The notes beneath the pieces were generated by a model. That model worked only from the letters and a program-made list of their open reading frames with translations, was not told the DNA's origin and searched no databases. Below are positions 50,850 to 64,000 of a stretch of 64,000 nt of DNA, one piece after another (position 1 is the stretch's first letter; each line of letters begins with the position of its first letter). This DNA comes from Octopus vulgaris (taxonomy: Eukaryota). The translations under genes and the position numbers were made by a program. Where the stretch lies: positions 40,176,001-40,240,000 of the forward strand of contig OX597817.1 of assembly GCA_951406725.2 (NCBI GenBank). Reading direction: 5' to 3'.

Positions 50850-51797
50850 GTAAGTATAATTATTATATTTTTTCTTCTCCATTTCCATGTTCAAACAACA
50901 AACAAGATTAAAAGAATTCATAGAAACCATTAGTATTTGAACATTTCTTTACATCTAAAACTACTTCCGATGTCTACGCTGCAATACAAAGGACACCTAT
51001 GTCTGACATCACCTAATATGTGACATGATATGTCTGAAAACTTTTAATAACAGATTTGATATTGCAGGACAAGCAGCAAGATTGATTACCTTCATGGAAA
51101 TAAATAAAAAAATGAATAAATAAAAGACTTCAATTTTTCAGCTTCTACAACTTTGCTGCTGTGCTGCAAATATTCATTGTGAATTACATTTATTTAAGTT
51201 CTACATTTTATACACAGACACTCTGGAAATTGGCAGAGTCATTTGGCATTGGATAAAATACCTCTGCTTTCTGAGTTCAAATCCTGCCATGGTCGACTTT
51301 GTCTTTCGGCTTTTCAGAGTGTGTGTGTGTATGTGTGTGTGTGTGTGTGTTTGAAAAGATTGGAGTCAAAAAGAAGGAGTGTGATTGGGCATTTTTTAAT
51401 CACTGCATGGCCGCAGTCAAATGACCGAAACAAGCAAAAAAAAAAAATATGTTATTGAGTGCCCCTTTTTCTGACAGCCAACAATAAATGTGTGTGTGTC
51501 TGTATGTTTGTTCTTATTGAAAACCTACCCTGCATCTTGTCCCCCCATCATCACTTGACAACTGATGCTAAGGTGTTTACGACCCCGTAACTTATCAGTT
51601 TGGCAAAAGAGACCGATAGAATAATTACTAGGCTTACAAAGAATAAGTTCTGGGATTGATTTGTTCAGCCAAATGTGATGTTCCAGTATGGCCACAGTCA
51701 AATGACTGAAAAATAAAAGATTAAAAGTATATATATATATATATATATATATAGTATTACTTAATAGAATATGGATTTCATATTAGATCTTAATTGG

Positions 51798-51843
51798 GTA
51801 CAACGTATGTTTCGACCCATCAGTCTGGGTTTCTTCAGGTACA
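51798..51843 (-). ncRNA. Hammerhead ribozyme motif (inverted partner copy)
   Basis: Minus strand reads guac CUGAAGA aaccc-agacugau-ggguc GAAAC auac GUU guac. Confidence 0.6.
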
Positions 51844-51924
51844 TTGATAAAGATGTCTCACTACAGATTTTTAGTGTCAGCTGGCTTGTTGTTATATACC
51901 CTTCATTCCCTAACTTGTATCAAT

Positions 51925-51969
51925 GTACCTGAAGAGACCCCAACTGATGGGTCGAAACATATATTGTAC
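51925..51969 (+). ncRNA. Hammerhead ribozyme motif (stem III mismatch)
   Basis: guac CUGAAGA gaccc-caacugau-ggguc GAAAC auau auu guac. Confidence 0.6.
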
Positions 51970-52233
51970 CCAATAAAGGGCTAATATGAAATCTATCTCC
52001 TACTATTAATTAATAATATTACCCTAACTGTGGAGTTCCTGATGTAGATCCAACAGAAGTGTAACACAACTGCAGATAACAGGTAGCCGAAACTGTGCCA
52101 TTGATCTACTCCATATTTAAGCACACTAATCAACTTATACTTATTTGTCCAAATTCTTCATTATATATATATACATGCATACATACATATATTATATTTG
52201 AGTACTCTGAGAGGGTTTCTGTTTTCATTGCAG

Positions 52234-52439
52234 ATGTATCTGACCGCTGGAATAGACTTAAAGCTCATATTATTGAAAAAGACAGCAAACTACAGAGCAA
52301 CCGCAAGGATTGGTCACAGTTCAAAATTGATTTGAAGAACTTACTCGCTTGGTTGGAGAATTCTGAAATATGGTTGGACTCAGTCAATAATAAACACGTT
52401 TGCATTACAGAGCATGGCCAAATCTGCAAAAAACTGAAG
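52234..52439 (+). CDS. SYNE1: Nesprin-1-like exon (VSDRWNRLKAH...WSQFKIDLKNLLAWL...KKLK)
   Basis: Bounded by tgcag| and AAG|gtaaga; phase 1 to 0. Matches SYNE1 VIDRWELL...WQQFNSDLNSIWAWL. Confidence 0.93.
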
Positions 52440-53156
52440 GTAAGAGACTTTCAACATTTGAATAGTTAAGAAGAATAGAAGATGAAATAGCAGTCTTGTA
52501 TGTTGTCTGAAAATTTAACTGGGTATTTACTAAATTTATATAAGTATGCTCTATATCTAACTATTGAGTAGTTAAACAGCTGATATATAAGCATATATGT
52601 CACCAGTTAAGTCTTGAAAGAGCAATGCCTTATGCTCTTTGATACAGCATATTACTGTCTTCCTCTTAATTAAGCAAGCTGAGAAACTGAAATCTTTGCT
52701 ATGTCATACTTTAAATGACAGACATTGATTTTAAAAAATATAAATAAGCAGATAAATAAAATACATTTCTCTGCAATAAGTTATGCGACTATGTAAATTT
52801 GTGCAGTCATTCAATCCAGCCTGCCTTAAAGTTAAAAAAATAAACTGAAAGCTATATCAGAGTATAAAATGATTTAAAAGTAAACACTGGAACTTTATTT
52901 AAATTTGGATATTTAATATAATTGTTGTAATGTGATGAAAAACACAACACACTGTAGCTGTGTTAAAAAGTTGCTGCTTCGCTTGAATATCTATACATGT
53001 ACATGTGTATGTATTTGTATTTGTGTACATTGAAGCTTCAAATATATACATATATACATAAACACTCACACTCACACACATATATATACATGCATACATA
53101 TATGTATTTCATTTTCTACATGTTTGTATGTGAGCATAAATTATAAATATATATAC

Positions 53157-53227
<71 letters not shown>

Positions 53228-53233
53228 CATACA

Positions 53234-53316
<83 letters not shown>

Positions 53317-53332
53317 TCTTCTTTTATTACAG

Positions 53333-53662
53333 ACTCTTCAGACTGAACTAACATCTAAAGGAACCATTATAGAGTCTTTGAATTTGACAGGAAGTATTTA
53401 CAGTAAAGGAGCATTGGAAGGAAATAAAACAGTGAAAAATAATATTGATATTATGAACAAACGGTGGGGAAGTGTGAATAGCAAATGTGAGAACTTACAA
53501 CTTCATTTGAATGGAGTTATATCTAATTCTGATCGCTTTATTCAAGAAGTGCGATCTTTGAACATTTGGATACGTTATATTGAGGACCAGCTAAAACTAT
53601 GCAGAACTCATACAATTGATATTGATAGTGCGGATATTCAGGAAAAGTATTCTAAATTAAAG
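53333..53662 (+). CDS. SYNE1: Nesprin-1-like exon ([18 protein letters not shown]...MNKRWGSV...YSKLK)
   Basis: Bounded by tacag| and AAG|gtaagc; 330 nt, phase 0 to 0. Matches SYNE1 KAIILSINL...MNGRWDRV. Confidence 0.92.
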
Positions 53663-54638
53663 GTAAGCTCTTGTCACACTTTGTGTGTTAATTCATCTGT
53701 GGTAGTTTAGTCCTATTTTTGTTTTAAGCATTCTAACCATGATGTTGCTATCTTTACAAACATAGTTTATCTTCGGTTACGTTATCCTTTATCTCCTGCC
53801 CTTTTTTTTTTTTTTTTAGAGACAGCAGTATATAATATGAATGATATTTTGATGCTATATCTAGCAGATCAAGTGACCACATAGAGGCTCCCATGGTTCA
53901 TGGCAAAAGTGGCTTCCTTGCATTGTATATTCAAGAAAACAGCAGAGTCATTGAACATATTGATTTCTGTGTGATAGTATTGATAAATCTGAATATTTGC
54001 CATGACCCAAAGACTCAAATACTAGTCTGGTCTCTGAATTTGCATTTGTTTTTTTTAACCCCAGGTCAACCAGGATTAATCACATCTAGATCCAACCATG
54101 CCTACCCTGTTTCTTTTGGGTTTTTTTAATTGATATATTGCAACCATGTGGTTTCAGTTTCTGTCCCACTGCACAATACCTTGAGCTAGTATATTCTTCT
54201 ATAGCTCCAAGTCGACCTAAACCTTCTAAGTAAATTTGGTAGATGGAAACTATGTGGAAGCCCACTATGTGTGTGCATATATATAATTAATAAATCTTAG
54301 GGTAGCAAAAAAACTTTAGAGAAATTCTTTGCTACCAGTGGTCTAGCGAGAAGGAAAAATTAGTTAATAGACTATATACTATTCATATAATAATACAGTG
54401 TGCATTTAAACACATAGGACATCTGACTTGATAGAAAGAGTAGTTAAACTACAAACCACTAATAGTAGTAATTCTAGTAGTAATTCTGAAAGGGAAGGAA
54501 AAATAAAATAGGGTAAATGTTTTTATTTTTCATTCCCTTTCAAAATTACTTCTATTAGTGGTTTGTAGTTTAACTACTCTTTCTAGCAAGTCAGATGTCT
54601 TATTATGGTCATCTTTTATGTGTTTAAAATGTACACTG

Positions 54639-54689
<51 letters not shown>

Positions 54690-55193
54690 ACTATAATCCT
54701 TGGATGGAATTTATAAATTAGATGGAATTTATATTTATCTTACATTATATCAGTACAGCTCAATGCAGCCTTGGAAAACTGGTTCACCAGTCTGCATCAC
54801 TAGGCTGTGATCAGCATAATAGAATAGGAGCTTTATTTGCATATTCAAAAGGTTTCCCCTAAGCAAATTAAAATATATGTGTTATGTGTGTGTGTGTGTA
54901 TAATAATAATATTAGGGAGTATATCCAAACTTACAGGGAAAAATTAGATTTAGGATTAAATCAAATTTCGCAGTATAAATATAAATTAAATTAGAGATAA
55001 AACCACTATTAGGCAACTCAAACAGCGATAGACATAAACCAAAACATAAAAACAAAAAATAAATATAATTAATATAATATATAATATATATATAAAATGT
55101 AAAATTTTTAATTTATAAATTTATTTTTTTATATTTTTATATTTTTAAATGTTTGAGTTGCCTAATAGTGGTTTTATCTCTAATTTAATTTAC

Positions 55194-55224
<31 letters not shown>

Positions 55225-56033
55225 TAATCCAAACGGGAAAACAAAAAAACAACAACACGTGGAACAATTACAGTATTATTATTAATAGGCGCTCAGGAAA
55301 TATGGAAGCAGGAATATTCCAAAGTGTAACTACATGTGGATTGTTGGCAATTTTTTTCTTCCGTCTTCCTTTTCTTTTGAACTTTCCTCTGTCTCCTGTT
55401 TCTGAAGAAGAGCTTTGCTCAAAACAGAAAACACTCTTTCTTTCTTCCCCTGAGCAACTTATTAATACTTTGCATGTACCACGTCCTCACTTTGTTGTTT
55501 TTTCCTGTGTTTTTTTCTGCATTTTTTTGGATAAGTACGAGACTTTAAAAATAAATATAAGTACTGAAGTCAATTTGCCCCAGCAAGGCCGCAGTCCAGT
55601 GACTGAAACAAGTAAAAGATAAAAGAGTACTTAGGATTACATTGTCTGATATGTATTTTCCTTTCTTTATGTGATTGATTATGATTGAAAAGTGTCTAAG
55701 CTGTTATTATCGACAAGTCAAGCAACTATGAAGGTGCATTCCTATTGGCCTGATCCACTGGTGTGTGTGTGTATCTATGTCTGTGTTAGGGTTGATTTGT
55801 TCAACTAAAACCCTTCAAGGCATTGCACCAGCATGGCCACAGTCAAATGACTGAAACAAATAAAAGATAATCTACTTTATTGATGTACTGGTCCTTTATG
55901 ACCTCCAGGTGGAATTTGAACTCAGAATACAGAAGTATGAAACTAATAAACATTTAAGCCCGGTTCTCATTAATTAAAGAAAACTTATTAATTAAAGCCA
56001 ACATATTCTGTGACTTCATTCCAAACTAATTAA

Positions 56034-56230
56034 CCCTTTTGTAACCGTATGCATTTCAATTAATTTTGAAAATATTCAAGAATTTGGAGGATTTAGTAAA
56101 TGGAACAGAACAAAATATTGTTATGTAAAACGATGATGGATGATTTTAATTTAAATAGGAACGTTTTAAAATGGGAGGCTTTTCTCTCCAAGAACCAGAG
56201 GTGGTCTTAGGTGGGTTGGTATAAAAAGGG
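56034..56230. mobile_element. piggyBac-like MITE, same family as 21025-21227
   Basis: TTAA|CCCTTTT...AAAAGGG|TTAA with similar internal sequence. A longer relative in the opposite orientation lies at about 58075-58416. Confidence 0.75.
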
Positions 56231-57107
56231 TTAATAATAATTAATTAATAGTTCAACTCATACTTTAGCAAAAAGAAATTAACAATGGAAATTCCAAAAA
56301 AAAATTAAACTTAGTGAGTGATGTGTTCTATCAGGCTATTGAAAACCATTCAAAAGAAAGGATGTTTATATTCTATAAACATTTTAATTGAAGATTTGCA
56401 GCAAACCAAATCGATTAATGGAAATGAATGAGAAAAACTAAAGTCAAAGACATTTTAAACTTGTTTAAAGACTAAATAATATATTCTTTTGAAAGTGTTA
56501 CTGGCATCGTGTTAAACTTTACGCTTCAACATGTGCCTTGCAATGTAATGTCAATTTTCTCCAAAGACCTGAAAGAATTTCCAAGAGATATTCTTTTACT
56601 TCATCAGGTTATGTTAGTCAGGTATAGGTTCAGGAATTGCTGTGTGGTTCAGAAACTTGCTTTACAACCACATGGTTTCAGATTCAATGCCATGGTGTGA
56701 CATCTATGGCAAATGTCTTCAACCTTAGGCCCAAATTTATCATACACACACACATCATCATCATCATCATCATCATTTAATGTCAGTTTTCCATGCTGAC
56801 ATGGGTTATATATATATATATTTATTATATATATCAACATTATCATCATCATTGTTTAACGTCCGCTTTCCATGCTAGCATGGGTTGGATGATTTGACTG
56901 AGGGCTGGCAAACCAGATAGCTGCACCAGGCTCCAATCTTGATCTGGCAGAGTTTCTACAGCTGGCTGGCATTAGGAAGGGTATCCAGCTGTAGAAACTC
57001 TGCTAGATCAAGATTAGAGCCTGGTGCAGCCATCTGGTTCGCCAGCCCTCAGTCAAATTGTCCAACCCATGGAAAGCGGACGTTAAACAATGATGATGAT
57101 AATGTTG

Positions 57108-57142
<35 letters not shown>

Positions 57143-59083
57143 GTGTAACACACACATAGAAGCACATCTGATAGGTTTTCATCTTTCCAATTTCACTCAC
57201 AGGGTATGGGGTGGCCTTGGACATTTGTCCAAGATACCATGCAGTGAGATTGAACTTGCGACCTTGTGGTTATGAAGCAAACTTCTTAACCATTCAGCCA
57301 TGCTACACAAAATATATAAATGTGTGTGTGTGTGTGAGTGTAATATATATATTATCTAGTCTAGTGATGGTCTGCCCTTGAGTAGGTGGGATTTGAACTC
57401 AGAATGTAGAGAGCCGGAAGATATACTGTAAAGCATTTCTGCTGAGATGCCAATGATTCCAGGACTCTCCCACCCACAGACCAATATGAAATGAAGTGTT
57501 TTGCTCAAGAATATGATGTGCCACCTGGTCCAAATATCAAAACCACAATCTAGCATTTGTGAATGCAACACCCTAACCACTAGTACACACACACCTTCAC
57601 ATACATATTGCGTGTGTGTGTGTGTGTGAGTAGATATAACAGGGAATTTATGCTGATACTATTTCTTATTTCATTGTGTAACATGAGCTTTTGGAATTCA
57701 GTTTTTAGTAATAGCTGAAGATAGAGTAACAGAGTTCTCAGATTTGAGTCATGTCGAGATAAACTTAGCAATCTCCAAAAATGATTATTTATGACGTATC
57801 GAAATAAGCAACTGAAGAATTTTATTGTGTGACATTTCAGTGTCATAGATCAGTCTTAATATCATTTAAAGGGTGAATATGTAACCTTTATACGATCATA
57901 TTTCTACAGAAAATATGTGTGGCTTAAATTAGGTTGGAAAATAATAGTTTCAAAGGATTTAATAAAATACACCTATATCTTTCATTATAAAGCTGAATTT
58001 TGGAAATTTAAGAAAATGTTCTTGCATAATATCATGATGGAAATTTTTAATCTAAATATGAGTACTTAAGTATGAACTCTTTTGATACAAACTTACTTGA
58101 GACTCCCCATGGTTCTGTGACAGAAGCTTCCTGTTTTGAAGTGATCTAAATTTAAACAAAATTTTAATATTTTTACCTTTTCCTCAGTTTACCTGGATTT
58201 ACCTGTAATTAAAGTCACTTTGATACAAAAGTTATATAATAGAATTGATTAAGAACCATTTCTTTAATTATGTTCTGAATGTCACATTAATATGTTGATA
58301 AGTAAAAAAGTTGCAGTTATTTAATGAAACTAGTCTAAATTCATGATTATTTTAGAATTTAATTGAAACTCACATGGGGTGTATTTTGGTCAGAAATATA
58401 GTAACGAAAGGGTTAAACCATCCATCAAAATTTCATGTTAGTTTATATTACAAACTGTGGCTTAATAGAAAAAAGGTTATTTTATTAAACTCTTCATTAT
58501 TTTCAAAATTGATTGAAGTGAAGGAAGTGTATTTCAATAGAAATACAGTAATAAATGAGTTGAAATAAAGATGTTTTACATTACAAAACCAGAAATGGAC
58601 TCCGGTAGGTTGGCATCAAAAGAGGTCTGTAGATACATGACACAAACTCAGAAATAAATGGACTGCAAATATGACATGCTAATTATATGATAATTACCTC
58701 ACATTGTGTGCATGCATGTCTCTGTGTGCCTGTATGTATACATATGTATATTGTGTGTGTGTGTGCGTATTTGTATGTGTGTGTTTGTTGATTATCTTTA
58801 CAAGTAGTTATCCATCAATTTAATGTTCATATATAATGCTATAAATAACAACATATGAAAACACACACACACACCTGGACAGCTCCTTGCTAGTCAGCTC
58901 CATATCAAACCATCCAACCCATGCCAGCATGGAAAGTGGATGCTAAATGATGATGATGATGATGATGATATAAAAGGTATGATTTACTGACATATATAAA
59001 TCATACTGTCAACATCCACACTCTAAGTGGAAACTTATCCTTGATACAGTTTAAATATTCTTTTACTCATTCTTCGATTTCAG

Positions 59084-59293
59084 CTTCTGAAGGCAGAAAT
59101 TGAACAGAAGCAGCCACACATTAATTCTTTGAAGGAAACATCAATGCATATAACCTTTGACAATAAGGACCCTGCTAAAGCTAAAGCAAAGGATGACATC
59201 CATATCACATCTGCCCTTGCTTATGCCCTATATAACCAGATCTCTACAAGCCTTGCTATACTTGAATCAAGGGCCGACTTCCAGAAGCTATTG
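59084..59293 (+). CDS. SYNE1: Nesprin-1-like exon, last spectrin repeat (LLKAEIEQKQPHINSLKE...FQKLL)
   Basis: Bounded by ttcag| and |gtaagt; 210 nt, phase 0 to 0. Aligns with SYNE1 IKHELLESQLRVASLQD...AKEKVHV...EKLL. Confidence 0.9.
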
Positions 59294-59428
59294 GTAAGTA
59301 AAAGATATTTGTTATTAGATGATGCATATTATAAAAGATTTCCAGTTTTTAAACATGACGTACATGTTACCATTACTGGGTTACATGGTTCAGGTTTAAT
59401 ATAATCCACACCTTTCCTTTTTTTTGTA

Positions 59429-59465
<37 letters not shown>

Positions 59466-59780
59466 AGAGCACATAGCTTAGTGGTTAGGGCATTCGGCTC
59501 ATGATCGTAAGGTTGTGAGTTCAATTCCCAGTGAAGTGTTGTCCTTGAGCAAGACACTTTAATTCACGTTGTTCCAGTCCACTCAGCTGGCAAAAATGAG
59601 TAGTACCTCTATTTCAAAAAAGGGCCAGCCTTGTCACGCTGAATCTTCTTGCGAACTATGTTAAGGGTACACATGTCTGTGGAATGCTCAGCCACTTGCA
59701 CGTTAATTTTACGAGCAAGCTGTTCCATTGATTGTATCAGCTGGGACCCTCATCGTTGTAACCGACGGAGTGCTCTTATG

Positions 59781-59832
<52 letters not shown>

Positions 59833-60849
59833 TTTTAGGAAAGACATACAGCCATAAAAACCATGCTGAAACAGACAAATGGAACCTGGGCAGCTTTCCA
59901 GCTGGCCAACTTCTGTCAAACCATCCAACCCATGCCTGCATGGAGTATGGACATTAAAAGATGATAATCATGATCATGATATATAAAATATCTATTACAT
60001 ATATATATGTGTATATATGATCATCATCATTTAATGTCTGTTTTCCATATGTATGTTTGTGTGTCTGTGTGTGTATATGTATATATGTGTGGGTATACAC
60101 ACAGACACACACACATATATATTGGGGGAGACATATATATTAGATCTAGATCAGCCCTGAAGAGAAAAATTTATGACTGAATATGTTCCAACTTTGATTA
60201 TCCCTTCTTGTGATTAAACATGATGGATAATTTCAGGAGTGACTGTGTGGCTAAAAGTTTGTTCCCCAACCACATGATTTGGGGGTTTAGTACCACTGCA
60301 GGGTATAAAACTTCCAATCAACCACTGAAACATGTTTGGCCATGGGGAAATATTATTTCTCCCCAATATTATTAATATTGGAAAAGCATTTGGTTGTAGA
60401 AAATCTGCCTCAACAAATTCCGTCTAATGCAGTGCTCTACAACTAGTATGCTGTGGCACACTGGTGTGCCATGAGATGATGCTAGATGTGCCACAGTGTA
60501 ACCTGAATATAATTTTTTTTTCCCTATACCTTTAGTTATATTTTTAGTTCAGATGCACTGCTGAATTTTGAAAAGAGTGTAAGTGAAAAAAGGTTGCGGT
60601 CTAACCCAAGCAAGCATGGTATTGTGGACATTAAAACAATACTGATGATGATACATTTATGACTACATTATCTAATGTCTTCTTTTTTATGATGGTAGAG
60701 TGTGAAACCACAGAATTCAGTTGGTCAAACGATTGCACAAAAACTCACTTTTAAGCTCAACGTTGTACTTGTAAAACTGAATGCTGTTCTTACTGGTAGA
60801 TTAAATCATCTGGTTTGCCATTATCTGCTCTATAAGTACCCCCAGTGAA

Positions 60850-61176
60850 GGCGCATGGCTCAGTGGTTAGAGCGTCGAGCTAACAATCATAAGGTTGTGA
60901 GTTCGAATCCCAAACTGGGTTGCATGTTGTGTTCTTGAGCAAGACACTTTATTTCATGTTGCTCTAGTTTACTCAGCTGTAGAAATGAGTTGTGGTGTCA
61001 CAGGTGCCAAGCTGTATCAGCCTTTACCTTTCCCTTGGATAATACTGGTGGCATGGAGAGGGGAGGCCGGTATGCATGAGCAACTGCTGGTCTTCCATAA
61101 AACAACCTTGCCAGGACTTGTGCCTGGGAGGGTAACTTTCTAGGTGCAATTCCATGGTCAGTCATGACCGAAGGGC
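60850..61176 (+). mobile_element. SINE family 3
   Basis: Collinear with 3430-3755. Relatives sharing the head lie at 20748-20960, 42890-43350 (with a nested minus-strand SINE at about 42975-43185), 44430-44610(-) and 59465-59775. Confidence 0.85.
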
Positions 61177-61814
61177 ATCTCAGCAGCAAGTACCTCCAGC
61201 AGAGTCCATTCTGTTGCAGACATTTGAGCTAAGTCTCCAGTCTCAGGATACAATACTTCCCTTCCTCTCACTTGTCTCAGAGATTCTGAAAATGGTTTCA
61301 GGCACTGCTTTTCCACTAATATAAAAAGAGAAAATATGCTTTTGAAATGATAAAGACATTTTTGGTGTATGGGCAGTACAAAACAATATAAATAATTTTG
61401 TTTAGTCATTTTATATTTGTCATATTACATTCTATGTATTTGAACAGCTACTTGTGTGCCAAAGGCATGCTTTATAGTAGATTAAAGGCATTTAACAAGA
61501 GCTGCTGCTGCTACTACTGCTTCCACTATGACTATAATATTTTGAAACCAAATTTTTCCTTTGTAGCTGAAATTCTTCATGTTTTATTTTATATTGTTTA
61601 CAAGTCAATTCTAAAAATTCAGTGTTTATATATATGTGTTCATGTACATATGTGCATATATATATATGTATGTATGAATGTATGTATGTATTTATGTATG
61701 TATGTCTGTCTGTCTGTATGTATGCATGTATGTATGTATATGTGTGCATATACATACATATATGTATATATGTGCAAGTGGGTATGTGCATATATATATA
61801 TATATATAAATATA

Positions 61815-61857
<43 letters not shown>

Positions 61858-62100
61858 GTATGTGTGTGTGTATATATACATCTATGTATATGTATATATG
61901 TTATATTTTGAAATTTATTATATTTTCGGGGGGGGGGGTTTGTTATCTCCATGTTCTTCATGACAAAAGAACAACTATAGCAACAAGATTTTTCCAGTGA
62001 CCACCTTAACATCACAAGTCGCTCACTGTTATTATGATTTCTCTCTCACTTCTTAAACTATTCGCTTCTATACTACTTGCTATTATTCATTTCCTTACAG

Positions 62101-62163
62101 CGACATCAAAGTAATGAAAGCCGAGAAAGAACTACTTTATCTCCATTTGGTAGAATCAGGAAG
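62101..62163 (+). CDS. SYNE1: Small pre-KASH linker exon (RHQSNESRERTTLSPFGRIRK)
   Basis: Long pyrimidine tract ending ttccttacag|, then AAG|gtaagc; 63 nt, phase 0 to 0, open frame. Ser/Arg-rich like the nesprin pre-KASH linker. Confidence 0.7.
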
Positions 62164-62800
62164 GTAAGCATAATATGATACTTCTTAAATTTGATTTATT
62201 TGGTTATTATATTAGTTTTCTTTTTGCTTGAAATAATTTATCTTTTTTTTTATTTTAATGTGATAAAATATAATTCAGGTGAAATTTTATGCAATATTCT
62301 TTATACTCTGGGACCAAAATATATTTTTAAAATGTATTCTTGGAATAGCATACCAAATACAGCTTGCCAAAATGCAAGACATCCTTCTATCATGAGACAC
62401 TGTCTATTGCAAAGTAGAATGCAATTCAAATTTTTCCCCAAAAAAAAAAACAGAAATTGAAAAAATGGAAAAAAAACATGTATTACAAGATTGGAATCAG
62501 ACAAGAAAAAAGATTTCGTAATTGTATGTTATATTATATTTTATATATTTATCTATTTATTTGTCAAGAGATACAAGTTATTATGTAGTATGTTAGAAAT
62601 ATGTCTTCAACACACGCATACATGCACACATTGTTCACTATAGTTAGAGGAACTCCATGTGGTATCTCAAATTGTCAAAGTATCAGTTAAAAATCACCTT
62701 CTGTAATCTTCCAACTGTTTTTTAAAGAAAATATAATGATCCTTAAGTTTTAGTACACACTGTTATTTGGGTGTACTAGACGTACATTTTTAGAACACCC

Positions 62801-62854
<54 letters not shown>

Positions 62855-64000
62855 CATACATAAAACATGATAGCCAGAGCTTCAATAATGATTAAACAAT
62901 AGAATTATGCCATCTGCACACTGAACTTCTTTTCAGCTAGCAACATGGAACTCAAATGGGTTACAGTATTTGTGTAAAACATGCTCTACAACAAATGGTT
63001 AAATCAAATGTAATAACATACAATAAAGACAAAAAGAAAACACTGTGACAGCCTGAAAGAGCACACCAATTTCTCTGAAACTTGGTCTCAAAATATGACA
63101 TTTTTATGCTATAACTTCCTGAAATGACATAAAAATGTCTATTCGATACTGTTTAGATATAAAAAAATTTTCTTAGCTTGTGTTGACCAAAAATATCTAA
63201 TAAATTGTACCTAAAGTTTATGCAGTTTGAGCACAGATCTTAAAGCCATCTGTATTATAAAAGTGAATGAATTTGAAGTATAAGGGAAAATAAAAGTTGA
63301 AATAATTAGTTTTTGAGTTATTAGAATCCTGTTTTTGTCACATATCTTTATATAAACCTGAATGAAAAATAAAGATATATAAAAGTTCTCAGACCAAAAA
63401 ATAGTATTGGAACATTTTAGCACATTGAATGAAACATAGGTGTAGTGACTATGCAGAATGATCTTAAAGAAGTTATTTAATTCTATATGGTTAAATCAAA
63501 TAAATTGCAAAGTAGCGAAAAACAAAACAAAAAGGCTATGCTGAACAATAAGAACTCACTGATTTCTCTAAAACCTGATCTCAAATAAGGCCATACATAG
63601 ACAACTCTTTTGATACCATCCCACCTGGAATCACTCCTGATTCTATGATACAAACTTCCTATTTTAAAGTTGTCTAAATTAAAACCTTCCAACAAGATGT
63701 CATGGTAATTCTTATTCCAAATACCTGGTTCATAAAGACAAAGTTATTTTATTAGGTTTTACATCAATTTTAAAATAAGGTAAAAGAAAAGCAGTATATT
63801 TCAACAGAAATATGATAAGAGGATAAGCAGCCTACTTTATATAGCAGAGTATCAAAAACTAATTCTCAGCTTGTTTTAACCAAAGTTGTTTATTAAATTG
63901 TAACCAAAACTTGTACAGTTTGAATACAGACATGTAGTTATCTTAAAGATGTCTGTGTCTTAAAACTAAATATCTATTCTATTTTCATACAAGATATCTT

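Noticed and set aside
52039-52098. Third hammerhead-like CTGATG...GAAAC
   Set aside because: The core is CTGATGT rather than CTGANGA, and there are no convincing stems.
61448-61477. Possible alternative last exon LLVCQRHAL*
   Set aside because: Weak pyrimidine tract, very short, and no supporting homology.
62164-64000. KASH-domain exon
   Set aside because: No transmembrane plus PPPX-type coding segment is seen; it is presumably beyond the window.

Overview
Animal genomic DNA, AT-rich and saturated with microsatellites. The SINE/RTE/Penelope repeat landscape suggests an octopus (inference). The main gene is on the + strand: 14 phase-compatible exons (24503-62163, 2424 nt, 808 aa, open at the 3' end). 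They encode the C-terminal spectrin repeats of a nesprin-1/SYNE1-like protein; the KASH exon is not in the window. The intact frame appears to begin at a tiny ATG exon (MGHLKDK). Upstream (1.2-13.8 kb) lie collinear nesprin-like exon remnants riddled with stops and frameshifts, and the kinesin-binding LEWD motif is not found. This suggests a duplicated giant nesprin reduced to a stand-alone nesprin-1alpha-sized gene. Also present: a near-intact full-length RTE LINE with one homopolymer frameshift and a PHD-like finger inserted in its RT; Penelope-like remnants with hammerhead ribozyme motifs; several intronic fold-back repeats; three tRNA-SINE families; piggyBac, hAT and Helitron non-autonomous elements; and mariner and CR1 fossils. 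Protein alignments are by eye against human SYNE1 recalled from memory and need confirming by search.
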